A stretch of DNA of 64,000 nt from Octopus vulgaris (lineage: Eukaryota), in assembly GCA_951406725.2 (NCBI GenBank), contig OX597817.1:167710001-167774000 (forward strand), written 5' to 3'. Positions 12,522 to 25,584 of the stretch are shown here, in pieces. Under the pieces are notes generated by a model. The model was not told the origin of the DNA, made no database searches, and worked only from the letters and a program-made list of their open reading frames with translations. Every line of letters starts with the position of its first letter. The stretch's first letter is position 1. The position numbers and the translations under genes were made by a program.

Positions 12522-12725
12522 TTGTCCCCCCAACATTGCTTGACAACCGATGCTGGTGTGTTTACGTCCCCGTCACTTAGCGGTTCGGCAAAAGAGACCG
12601 ATAGAATAAGTACTGGGCTTACAAAGAATAAGTCCCGGGGTCGATTTGCTCGACTTAAAGGCGGTGCTCCAGCATGGCCGCAGTCAAATGACTGAAACAA
12701 GTAAAAGAGTAAAGAGTAAAGAGTT
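12310..12725 (+). mobile_element. SINE family A, full length
   Basis: Runs from the GGCGCAGGAGTGG head to the AAGAGTAAAGAGTAAAGAGT tail. Confidence 0.9.
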
Positions 12726-13053
12726 ATGCAGGTCAGTTTTTAGAATCGGACAATGATGGTAAAAAGGATGTTTTGAACTACACGTAGAATTCGCAGCATT
12801 TTGGTCCAGATGTGTGGGAGGGAATAACGAAGAATACGAAGACGACGACCGATACTGCAAGTTAAAAGTGAGAGTTTACTAGCAAAGGGATCGGCATACG
12901 AAGTAAAATGTCACACTTCAAATATCTGGGTTGTCTGCTGCAAAGAGGTGTGTGTGTGTTTGTGTGTGTGATTGCGCAGGTGCGTGCTCGTGTTCACCTG
13001 CACGTGTGAGTGCGCATGTGTTTCTATATGCATGTATCCATGTGAGTGTGTGT

Positions 13054-13088
<35 letters not shown>

Positions 13089-13455
13089 CATGTCTGCGCT
13101 TGTGAATGCATAGCTATGAGTACGTATATATCTATATGTATGCATATTTTGTATGTGTGTGTATATTGTGTATATATATATAGAGAGAGAGAGACAGACA
13201 GACAGACAGAAAGGTAGAAAAAACAGAAAGAAGAGAAACAGGAGACAATTAGGCGAACGGACAGAGGACAGATGGAAAGATGAAAGGACGGACGGGTGAC
13301 AGACAGACGGACGGGCGGACGAATGAAACGGCGGACACGTAGCCAGACAGACAGACAGACAGACAAGTAGGTAGGTATGCAGAGATAGATCGATCGATAG
13401 ATAGATAGATAGACAGACAGATAGATAGATAGATAGATAGATAGATCGATCGATC

Positions 13456-13513
<58 letters not shown>

Positions 13514-13517
13514 TAGA

Positions 13518-13553
<36 letters not shown>

Positions 13554-13785
13554 TAGATAGATAGATATGCGTTTGCACGCATTCCTAAATACGCACAGAC
13601 ATGCATACATAAGTACAAAAGTATATATATATATATAATATATAGATAGATAGATAGATAGAGATGTATATACACATATGCAGGTACTATTGTTTATACG
13701 GCTGTTTGAAAGTACGTGCTCGTCCGCTCCACCGCCCACCCCCCACCCCCAGCCCTCCGCCGATGCCTGTGCATAAGCAGACACG

Positions 13786-13799
13786 CACGTGCTCACGTG
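13786..13799. promoter_or_regulatory. tandem canonical E-boxes CACGTG-CT-CACGTG
   Basis: Read directly as gCACGTGctCACGTGt in a CpG-rich, non-TE patch. Function is inferred. Confidence 0.45.
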
Positions 13800-14476
13800 T
13801 CGACATTCAAACGCACACATGCGCGCATATCGATACACTGTAACACCGTCTCGCGACGTGTTGGCTGTTATACGAACTGCTTAACGGTGGACGCAGAGGC
13901 GGCGGCGGCGATGGCGGTAATGGCTGTAGTGGCAGCGGCGATGGCGGTGGACGTAGAGGCGGCGGCGATGGCTGGCGGTGGCGGTGGTGGTGGTGGTAGC
14001 TTTTGGTGGTGATGTCGGGGTTGTGAAGTTGGTTCTGGTGTGTTGTCTGCAAGTTGTTCAGTGCCAGGTCATCCCTGAACGTGCTGACCTATTATAATAA
14101 CCAGAGGAGTTCCAACCGTGACAATACCAACTTAATTTTTTTTTGAATTGCTTTTAGGACTACATGGATTTGGGTGTGTCGGGGTTTTTAAAGAATATTT
14201 TTTTAAACAGTAAAAAATGATTTTTAAAAAATGGTGATTTAGCTGCTATTTCTAGCATGTCAAATGATCGCATTGAGAAACCTTTGTGGGCGGTCGATTG
14301 TCGATAGATGATGTAATGGTGTTGGTGGTGGTGGTCGTGGTAGTGTTGGCTGTTGAGGGAAGAGAACGGTACGGCGATGAGAGACAGAACGACAGTCAGA
14401 CAGACAGACAGTGATAGAGTGTGAGTAGAGAGTGCAATGTGGAATGGGGTTAATTTGAGTGAAAAAAGTGTTGAGG

Positions 14477-14516
<40 letters not shown>

Positions 14517-14575
14517 TAGTGTGTGACAAATAGACAGGTACACACAGATAGATAGACAGATAGAGAGAGAGAAAA

Positions 14576-14651
<76 letters not shown>

Positions 14652-14669
14652 TGTGTGACAAACAGATAT

Positions 14670-14704
<35 letters not shown>

Positions 14705-14753
14705 GTGTGACAAATAGACAGGTACACACAGATAGAGAGACAGATAGAGAGAG

Positions 14754-14817
<64 letters not shown>

Positions 14818-14923
14818 CATGCATACATAAATACATTTTATATTTAGAGGTAGACACAAACGATATGCGAAATGTATATTAAAGATTTATGTGTGTGCGC
14901 ATATGTGTGTATATGCAACTATG

Positions 14924-14968
<45 letters not shown>

Positions 14969-15205
14969 CTAAGTAGAACATAACAGACAACTTGAGAGAT
15001 AGTCTGATAGACAGACAGATAGATCGATAGGTAAACAGATATTTAGACACGCGGGCAGACAAAATCAATCGATAAACAGCGAAGTAAATATAGACGGAGT
15101 GAAAGAGAGAGAGAGAGACACATAAGAATAATGAGTGAGTGAGTGAGTGAATGAGTGAGAGAGCGAGAGACACCGACATAAGGCATGCTTCAAGTCGCGT
15201 GAGGC

Positions 15206-15237
15206 GTGACGTCACTAACAGCCGTGTCAGGCACGTG
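15206..15237. promoter_or_regulatory. perfect CRE (GTGACGTCAC) plus adjacent E-box (CACGTG)
   Basis: TGACGTCA at 15207-15214 and CACGTG at 15232-15237, at the edge of a GGC/CpG-rich tract. Confidence 0.45.
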
Positions 15238-16647
15238 AGCTAAAGCATGACTGAGGCATCACCAAACAGCCTGATCGTGGAGCGGCGGCGGCGGCGGCGG
15301 TGAACCAGCAGGCAAATTTATAGCGACGGTGGCGGCGGCGACGGCGGCGTTGTTGTTGTTGGTGTGCGGCGATGGCGGCGGCGGCGGTGAACCAGCAGGC
15401 AAATTATAGCGACGGCGGCGTTGTTGTTGTTGTTGTGTGGCGATGGCGGCGGCGGCGTTGTTCTTGTTGTGCGGCGATGGCGGCGGCGGCGGCGGTGGTG
15501 GCGATGATAGTAATAGTAGTAGTAGTAGTAGTGGTAATGATGTTGATGATATGAATGGTGGTGGTGGTGGTGGTAGGCGGCTCTTGCTCTGTATAGCCCA
15601 GGGTCAACGCTGACCGAGATATGCTAGCTGAGTTTTTTTTGTTGTTGTTGTTGTTATTTAGCCCCCCTCTCTCCCACCCATGTAAGCCCTGTTTGAGCTG
15701 ATTCGTGATCAAAGGCATTCCAGCCATGACAATGTCGTCTTGCATTTCATGCAAAGTCCACCTCGGCGGACTACAACATCTAGTGAATCGTATATCTGAG
15801 ACACTAAGTTGTGATTTGGCTACTATTTCTAGCAAATCGTGCGACCACATAGAGGCTGCACCGTTCTTAATACTGATTATAATTCGTGCTCTTAACCCCA
15901 GGTTAACCCTGATCGAACGTATCTTTGATAAAAAGCGTTCCAACTATGGCTAACCCGTCTTTTTCCCATGTGCAAGGAAACAAAAACCACATCGCACGTT
16001 TCTTTTTTAGGATAGCCGCATGTGATTCCCGTTCGAGGGAGAATTGGCTGCTATTTCTTACGGCTCTAACGACTACCAAGTGGCTACTTTCGTTTTTCGT
16101 TGATGGTGGTCATGATGGAAAGGGTGGCAGAATTGGTGGTATTGTAGTGCTGCTGCTGCTGCTACTGTTGTTGTTGTTGTTGCTGTTGTTGCTGGTGTTG
16201 GTGGTGGTGTCAGTGGTTTTAATGGTATGTGATATAGTTAGTGGTGGTATTTGTTGTAGCTTATGATGTAGCTTTTAAGATGTGATGTGTCTTAGCGCGG
16301 TGGGACCAGTTGTAGTCGTAGCAGTGACACCGTTTGCGTTGTATTGCAGTTGATGATGATGATGATGATGACGCTGATGATAATAATAATAAAGACTATG
16401 ATGATGATGTTGATGATGATGATAGTGGTGGTGGTGGTGGTGGTGGTGGTGGTGGTGGTACTCAATGTAGGTGAAGGTAAAACGGTGGGGATAGTGGTAG
16501 CGTAAAGGAAAATCGAGAGATGTGAGGAGGAAGGTGGGTGGGTGGGTGCACAAACGATGTAACTGCCATGTGTCTGTTATAATTTACTCCCCACCCTCCG
16601 ACGTTCATTCTACTCTTAATACATTCCTGTCTGTAATTGTGTGTGTG

Positions 16648-16682
<35 letters not shown>

Positions 16683-16876
16683 GTGTGTGTACGGATGTGT
16701 GTGTATGTGTGTATATCTGCCTGTATTTATTTGTGTTCATATGTGGTGTGTTTTTAGTATTTGTGCAGTATATGTATATATATTTGAGGATGTATGCGTG
16801 CATACATAAACACACATGCATTCATTCATACACACACATACACACACGCATTCACACACACACACACACACACATA

Positions 16877-16932
<56 letters not shown>

Positions 16933-17661
16933 TGTGTAAGTGTGTGAAATATATGTTTATAATTCTTTTTGCCGGATTGTATATATATATAAACTTGTAT
17001 GTGTAAGTATATATGTAAATGTACGTACGTGTATGTGTATGCATATATATATATATATATATATACATATACGTAGACAGATATAGATACACACAAGCAC
17101 ACACACACACACACACACACACGTAAATATATATATATATCTATATGTATGGTGTGTGTGTGTACTTGTGTCCATGCATGTATGTGTTTATGTATACATA
17201 TTTGAAAGATGGGTTTCGTTCATTCCCTGACTTACTTTTGAATCTCTCCTCCCACTCTTCCTCTCTAATATTTTCATATATTTACTTCCTTTTCTCTCTC
17301 ACACTCTCTATCACTTTCTCCAGTCTCTCTCTCTCTCTCTCTCTCCCTCTTTAACAGTATTATCTCTCATGCTTTCATCTTTTCTCATCCTTCCCTAACT
17401 CTTCCTCTCACTCCCGTACTCCTTCATAATTTCTTTGCTCTTCCTCCCACTACCATCACTACTTTATTCTCTACTTCTCTCTAATCACTTCCTCCCTCTT
17501 AACTTCCTACCATTTCTTCTGTCCAGTCTCATCTTCCTTGTCGTAGTCCCCTGATGTTTCGCAATCTCCCGTCTTCCCCAGTTCTAACGTTAATTATATA
17601 GGCTGGACAAGAAGGGGGGGGGGGGGATTCTCCCTCACATTTCTCCCTCCCCTTCTCTCTT

Positions 17662-17716
<55 letters not shown>

Positions 17717-17868
17717 CTCTCTCTATCTGCCTATCTATCTGTGTGTACCTGTCTATTTGTCACACACTATCTATCTATCTATCTATCTTTCCACAACTCT
17801 CTCTCACTTTTCTCACTCTCTCTGTTCCACAACTCTCTCACTTTTTCCTCTCTCTACCTCTGTTCGAC

Positions 17869-17904
<36 letters not shown>

Positions 17905-18357
17905 TTCCTCTGAGACACACTTTTCTCTCTGTCTCTTTCTCTCTCTTATTCTGAGTACCTCTCACAAATTCTCTCCTTCTGCCCTCCCCTCACATACTAA
18001 CGCTATTTTACACACACTCTCTCTCTCTCTCTCTCTCTCTGTCCCACAGTTTTCTCTATCAGTTCCTATTTTACCTCTCTCTCTCTGTCTTTATCTCTCT
18101 AACTTTCTTCCCCAATTCTCTCTCTTCTTCTCTCTTGCCTCTCTCTTCTGTCAAGCTCTTTCCGTGCCGTTACATTTTTGTTTTTGTTTTTGTCAGTCAT
18201 GTCTCTTTGACTTATAAAATAAGAAACGTGGTCGGGGAATATCATGCACGTGTGCGCATGGCTGTTTTTATCGCTATGCATGTGTCTACGTATGGCCTTT
18301 ATCTTAAGCTAGCACTGTTATCTCACATAGACCCATACAAACTTTGTGTGTATGTGT

Positions 18358-18389
<32 letters not shown>

Positions 18390-18479
18390 ATGAATGCAAC
18401 GATGGACAGATAGATATATTGATTGATAGTTAGATAGATAGATTGATTGATAGATGATTGATAGATTGATAGATTGATT

Positions 18480-18512
<33 letters not shown>

Positions 18513-18523
18513 GTAGATAGATA

Positions 18524-18692
18524 AGTTTCTTTATTGGCCACACAGGGCTGCACACAGATGGGACAAGTTACAAGGTAGAGATTTCCTTTTGGGGGATGAA
18601 AAAAAATAAGGGGTGGCGTAGGTTTTCGATCAAGAGGGATCGTAAAAGGGAAGAAAAGAACAAAAAGAATAAATAAATAAAATATAAAATAA

Positions 18693-18700
<8 letters not shown>
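18524..18700 (-). mobile_element. retroelement 3' end with (ATCT)n tail
   Basis: Reverse complement of the copy at 20140-20310 (…GTGCAGCCC(T/A)GTGTGGC(C/T)AATAAAGAAAC followed by (TATC)n). Confidence 0.6.
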
Positions 18701-18787
<87 letters not shown>

Positions 18788-18927
18788 TATGGATGGATGG
18801 ATGGATGGATGGATAGATAGATAAGATAGATAGATAGAAGTTTGGCAGTACAAACAGGAATATAGAACTCTATAAGTGGGTATAAGTGCCAATACACAAA
18901 ACTTGGTCCTTGGTAACAATATATATA

Positions 18928-19156
18928 CGCTGGGAGTGCTGAAAAGTTTCTAGCTCTAAGGGTATCACCAAAGGCCGGGCTGGGGGAACCAACCTTCCGA
19001 GGTCTTTTACAGGGCTTAGAAAAACTGAAGGACCGCTTCAATAAGTGTGTGTATCTATGGTGGGGGTGGAGGAATATGTTGAATAAGATCAGGATTAACT
19101 GATCTTCCTCTATTTTCTTTAATTTAAAGCCAGGAACTTTTCAGCCCCACCCCTCG
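18928..19156 (+). mobile_element. short internally deleted mariner-like element
   Basis: TA-flanked imperfect TIRs (…GCTGAAAAGTT…/…AACTTTTCAGC…). The remnant GLEKLKDRFNKCV…EYVE* matches a mariner transposase C-terminus. Confidence 0.7.
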
Positions 19157-19298
19157 TATTTGTATACATTTATATATACATTCATGTATACCATATGTGT
19201 ATATATGCATGTATAAGGTAAATGCCAATAAACGAAACTCCGGCACTTAAGCCACTATAGCTTCTACCAATTAATATATATAATTTCTACCGTATATG

Positions 19299-19406
<108 letters not shown>

Positions 19407-19504
19407 CAATTATTCGGTAGCCATGATAGTAATTGTCACAAATTATATTTACAGATAAATTTCTCTATTTACATAATAACGAGGTCTTTCATCCTTTTGT
19501 TGTC

Positions 19505-19570
<66 letters not shown>

Positions 19571-19843
19571 CATTTATATATACAGGATATAGGATATATG
19601 ATCCACTGATGATATATAATGTGCATGTATGTATGTATGTATGTATGTATGTATGTATGTATGTATGTGTGTGTGTAGAAGGATAGCTATAATCTTTGAC
19701 AAGTGCTTTCACACGAACCTCGGAGTCCTTGAGTAACCTGTATAGCTTCACAGCTAATACTTAGTACATGATTTATGAACTAGGTTCTGTTTACCCGTTT
19801 CTAAAAGTAAAACTACACCTGAATGTATATCATTAGTAGAAGA

Positions 19844-19895
<52 letters not shown>

Positions 19896-20139
19896 TGCAA
19901 TCAAGACAAAGTTGGAAGCGCATCGTGACTAGCAGTACATAACATCTGATGACCTGGTTGATACTGGAATACTGTGATTTATATATCTCACTTATAATTG
20001 GTAGAAGTTACAAAGTGACTTAACTTCGGCCGATTAAAAATGATACTCATGCAAATACTCAGGTACTGGGTTTTATATGACCTGATTGCACAACCAAACC
20101 TATGTCTGTTTATCTATCTTTTTTTTTTCCTTCCCCCCA

Positions 20140-20310
20140 CCTTTTTTTTATTTTTTTAATTATATCCCCCACTTATTTTGTCCTCTTTCTTTCCATTTAC
20201 GATCCCTTTTGATCGAAAACCAAACCCCCTTCTTTTACCCCCAAAAGAAAAGCTCTCCCTTGTAATTTTGTCCTGTCTGTGTGCAGCCCAGTGTGGCTAA
20301 TAAAGAAACA
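20140..20310 (+). mobile_element. retroelement 3' end with AATAAA and (TATC)n tail
   Basis: Inverted counterpart of 18524-18700. Confidence 0.6.
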
Positions 20311-20323
20311 TATCTATCTATCC

Positions 20324-20383
<60 letters not shown>

Positions 20384-20817
20384 GCCTGTCTGTCTGTCTA
20401 CTCACCTACCTACCTATCTGCATATACATACACACACACACACACGCACGCGCACATACATGCATACATACATACATACATACATACATACATACATACA
20501 TACATACATACAAGCGCTTTTACAGGAAACTCTAGGCACTTGAGTCCCTTCTGAAGCTTTCACAGCTAATAAATTTTGTTTGTGTGTGTGTGTGTGTGTG
20601 TGTTGAGATGAATTCTCCTAATGAAAGTGTAAAACATACACGAACATGAACATAACTCATTTGGAAAGGCAGATACATACATACGTACATACATACATAC
20701 ATACACACACACATACATACATACATACATACAAACATACATACAAACATACATGCATACATACATACAAACATACATGCATACATACATACATACAAAC
20801 ATACATACATACATACA

Positions 20818-20850
<33 letters not shown>

Positions 20851-20952
20851 GTGTGCATACAAACATATATGTGTGCATACATATATATATACACACATAT
20901 AAATATATCTATCTGTCTATATATCTATATATATATATAAATATGAATATAT

Positions 20953-21015
<63 letters not shown>

Positions 21016-21339
21016 AACATGCATATATAAATATATATGTATATATATGTATATATATACATATACACACACGCACGAACACGCACACACACACACACAC
21101 ACACACTGTCGCGCGCGGGTATTGATGCTCCGTTTTGATTGACCTAAACCCACGAAAAAAAAAACAAATTAAATTAAATAAGTCGGTAGAAGCTTGATTG
21201 TGTTTTAATGGACCCTCGGCATCGCCCTTTACCTAACCATGCATCAAGCAAACCAGCAGGCCACGGTTGTCTGAATCCCCCCTACCCATCATTGACCGAC
21301 CTTCCTTCGTGTCGCACACACACACACACATACACGTAC

Positions 21340-21720
21340 ATATACACGTGGAATTCGCGCGCACACACACTTTGTATATATTATATATAATTATCTATCT
21401 ATATCTATATATATACACACACACACACAAACAATCCCCCGCCCCCCACCTCGCTTCTTCTTCCCTCCCGCCCCGCCCCCCTCCCGTCAGACACCACCCC
21501 TCCCAGCTTCCCCTCCCGGTCTTTTCTCTGGCTTCGACTACCAGACAGGCAGTCAGTCAGTCAGACAGACAGGCTGACAGACAGGCAGGCAGACAGGCAG
21601 GCAGGCGAGGAGCAGACACAGTTTTTCCCTCCCTCCCTCCCTCCAAGAGGAGCGTGAGAGGAGTAGGAGGAAAAAAATTACAGACATAGAAATACACACA
21701 GAGTGATAGAGAGAGAGAGG
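21340..21720 (+). promoter_or_regulatory. candidate proximal promoter / TSS region of cwo-like gene
   Basis: CACGTG at 21345-21350 and GC boxes (CCCCGCCCC) at about 21436-21447 and 21467-21480. Locally C-rich, non-TE sequence about 1.1 kb upstream of the first ATG. Confidence 0.4.
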
Positions 21721-22726
21721 GGGAGGAGTATACTACAGAGGTAGTGATAGTGAAGCGTAGAGAGAGAGAGAGTGATAGTGATAGTGAGAGATAAACAATG
21801 TGTCAGGGTGACAAAACACCGAGTTATATCTCACACATTTAAACTAAACAGCAGACCACAACAACACGGTCACCTTTTCTGACTACTCCGGTTCCACCTG
21901 ATTTTTAACTAACTTATTAATTAACAATAATATAATACTGTCAATAATTATTATAATTAATAATTATTGAAACGAATTTCATTATCATTATCATCATTAT
22001 TATTATTATTATTAATAATATTGTCATTAATTAATATCGTTGCAATCGGTCGTTGTTTGACTCTCAAAAGCTGTCCAGCGAACAGAACAACTACAACCGC
22101 AACCACAACATTGACCAGAGCCAAGACCAAACTATTTACTGTGTCTGAATGTCGCTGTATATCTGCAGACCATGTCATCGCTGCTTCTCTTCGTAATACC
22201 AACAGTAACAACGATTACTACCACAACCACCAGTACTACTAAATCTACTACTACGACAGGTACACTGACACCACCCTTATCATCACAACAACCACCCGGA
22301 TAAGGTGGCTAACAATCTTCAAATCACATCAGCACTAATACCACCAAACGCCACCACTGACCACCAACCCAGTGCTTTTACCTAATCGGGACCCTTTTTC
22401 ACCGGTGAAACACATCGTAACCCCCCACGACTCAACTGTCAATTTCAAGCGAAATACATAAATAATTATCGCTCACACTCCTAAAATCCCTTAACGGAAA
22501 TAACATAAACATTTATATATTTATATATACATACACTCAGACACATATATTTATATATTTATACATATACCTACGATAAATCTGTTTGTATTAATATCCA
22601 TCTGTGTGTACACGTATACGTGAAACAAATTGTGTAATAATACAATTTAAGTGAATAACATTAAACCAACTCGTGTTTATTTTATAAAAAAAACACGTAC
22701 TTTTTCTAAACTTTTTTCTTAAAAAA

Positions 22727-22809
22727 ATGATCATGGACAACTCGGAATATTTAATGGAAGATATGGCTAGACAAGGATCGAACGGAGTCAAATTGGAACT
22801 TAACGACAG
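22727..22809 (+). CDS. cwo: cwo-like bHLH-Orange gene, putative coding exon 1 (MIMDNSEYLMEDMARQGSNGVKLELND+AG)
   Basis: ATG at 22727, with an in-frame ATG at 22733 in a better context (tcATGg). Non-repetitive coding-like sequence ends AG|GTTAGT. Phase 2 matches the next exon, which starts with C (AG+C = Ser). It lies downstream of a GC-box-rich region. Not supported by a domain match, so less certain than the other exons. Confidence 0.7.
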
Positions 22810-23199
22810 GTTAGTTAATACAACTTTTTTTTTCTTTTGTTGTTTATTTCGTTATTTGTGCTGCTGTTGCCTTATAATTGTTGATTTTAAGTTCTGTTTG
22901 GCCAGGCACCCCAATAACGCAGGGTAAACAAGTTGAGCTTTTAAAAACTATTCGTAGGTCGCAAGTTCACCCCTGTCCCTTAATTACATGTCCAGGGTGT
23001 TGTCATTTTGATCCAGTCTCTACTGTTCGATTATGTGCGACTTTCGACTATTCTGTTCGTTTCGGTGTCCCCACCCAACCCAAAACCCCTTCGAATTCCG
23101 TCAAAGCAGAACTGACTGAGAGGGGCCACTCATCATAGCAAAGACTACATCTTAAAAGATTGATCTTTATCTTTAGGGCCAGCTAATACTTCGGCACCC

Positions 23200-23760
23200 C
23201 ACTCATCAACTGCTAACCTCTGTAAAACTCAGGTGAGGACCACTTCAGGAGGTGCTGCTGATATACAGCGCAGACCACATACAGAGAAAGGCCGCTCGCT
23301 TTATTGATATGAAAATCACACTGGAACTTCTGACCCACAGATGTACTATTCTCCCACCCACCCCACCTCCACACACATACTCTCTCTCTCCCCCTCAACA
23401 CCTCACCCTCTCTCTCTCTCTCTTTCTCTCTGCCTTTTTACCTCAACAACCAATTTTTTTCTTCCTTTCATCGCCCAGTTCATGTCCAACCTCCAGGGCC
23501 CTCGCCAACCATTACACGGTCCTTCCTTCCGAGCACGTCGGCCCTCAATAACCCCCCCTCCCTGCACATGTCATTCCTGCTGCCATCGACTTGCAACAGT
23601 TTTAAGCTGAACGTTAACAACATCGATGTCAAACGTTTCAGAGGACCTGCGAAGGACCATGGGCTCAACTTTGAATATGAAGAGCCCACAGATACAAGGG
23701 AAGCTGTGCATAGATGCTCGAAAAGCAACCTGTATCTCCCCTGTATCACATCCTATTGTC
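23200..23760 (+). mobile_element. highly decayed CR1/L2-group LINE ORF2 fragment
   Basis: Remnants LCKTQVR, DHIQRKAARFI, TLELLTHR and DLQQFKLNVNNID, with frameshifts. Confidence 0.5.
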
Positions 23761-24200
23761 TTTAAAAAAAATTAAGGGTGCATGGGGGTAATGTAGTTCT
23801 AGATAACTCAAAAGAATACGCGATTTTCATGACTAAACTTTGATGATAGATCTGCTCCTCAGGGTTGCACTAGAGCTAAGCAACAGCAGTAACTTGTTTA
23901 GCTTTGAGATTAACCCAAAAGTCCGTTATCAAGCGCCCGTGGTACATGTCCTTACGTATCGCCAGTTGAAATTAAATCTCATTCAAATTAGCGTATTTTG
24001 AATACTCCAAAGTTCTACCCTTAAAAGTCTTACTGTCCTTGGGTCAGTACTCACTGAATACTCATTTTAAATTATGGTTAACAGGACATGTTATCCGGGA
24101 CGAGTGACGACGGTAAACTTCGAGTAACGGCCTCATACAGACTTAACTTTGACAAATACCGCATACATGTACGCAAACACAGGCACATACACACAACAAC

Positions 24201-24260
<60 letters not shown>

Positions 24261-24314
24261 GTTTAAATATTTGTTGTGCAAGATTTTTTTATGTCAAGTC
24301 GTGTGTTGAAACAG

Positions 24315-24517
24315 ATATTGTTATATTTCGGAATGGTCATATTGCCAGTTTAGCCAATAAAAACACACGCACTATATATTTGGTGTTATTTTGCTTCAGT
24401 GTTATTTATTTTTTACATTAATCTTAATCTTATTTCGGCAAAATAACACCAAATATATAGTGCGTGTGTTTTTATTGGCTAAACTGGCAATATGACCATT
24501 CCGAAATATAACAATAT
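24315..24517. repeat. perfect 80-bp inverted repeat with 43-bp spacer
   Basis: Arms 24315-24394 and 24438-24517 are reverse complements. Confidence 0.92.
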
Positions 24518-24528
24518 ATATATATATA

Positions 24529-24757
24529 CCGGAGTAAACACATAAATGTGAAACAAGGTGGAAAAAAGAGTACTCAAATACCAGTGGTAGAGTAATATGC
24601 TTTATTTTAAGCAGCAGAAAATTCAACAAAATCTGTTACTCTGAGTTTCTCGTTGCCGTTCGTCAGACAGTTTTTTCTAGCAAAAACTGTCTGACAAACG
24701 GCAACGAGAAACTCAGAGTAACAGATTTTGTTGAATTTTCTGCTGCTTAAAATAAAG
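24529..24757. mobile_element. Penelope-like fragment folded into a 158-bp palindrome (24600-24757) containing hammerhead-like cores
   Basis: Arms 24600-24675 and 24682-24757 have one mismatch, and the fragment is flanked by (TA)n. A related non-palindromic copy lies at 46640-46795. Confidence 0.65.
24633..24670 (-). ncRNA. minimal type-I hammerhead ribozyme-like motif
   Basis: Minus strand reads CTGT-CTGACGA-ACG-GCAA-CGA-GAAA-CTCAGAG-TA-ACAG. This gives stem I CTGT/ACAG, an intact CUGANGA and GAAA core, a GNRA-capped stem II with an A-A closing mismatch, a short stem III and a GUA site. Confidence 0.6.
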
Positions 24758-25233
24758 TATATATATACATAATATATATATATGAAAGAGAGAAAGATGT
24801 GCGTGTGCGCGTGTATGTAAATTATGTGTCAATGTGCAATAGTCGTATGTGCACGTGTTTGTGTTTATGTTTCGATATATATATTCGTGAAACGTTCGTA
24901 TGGTTGGAATGTACCGTACATACATAGCTGCATACGTATGCATGCAAAGGTAAACGTGATTGAACGCATGAATGGATTAACAAACACACGGACACGGACA
25001 CACAGAAGGAAGAATAATAAGAGACAGTGTGAAAGAGACACACTGCTACATAAGGAAATAACCCTATTTATATATGTATATATATATATATATAACACAT
25101 GACTATATAGTTTGAAATATTTACAATAGAAAACGTCTGTAAATGAGATTTATAAACAGAAATATGAATATGCACATTAATGTACTTATTTAATCCTATC
25201 TCACTCCCCTCTCTTTATCTATCTATCTATCTA

Positions 25234-25418
<185 letters not shown>

Positions 25419-25521
25419 TCAGCAAAAATTTAGATTCAAATGAATATGGTACTTAATTTAGATGCACCAGAATTCTGTATGGTGTTATCCATAAAAATCC
25501 GTGGGGTGGTTGCTTATTTTG

Positions 25522-25584
<63 letters not shown>

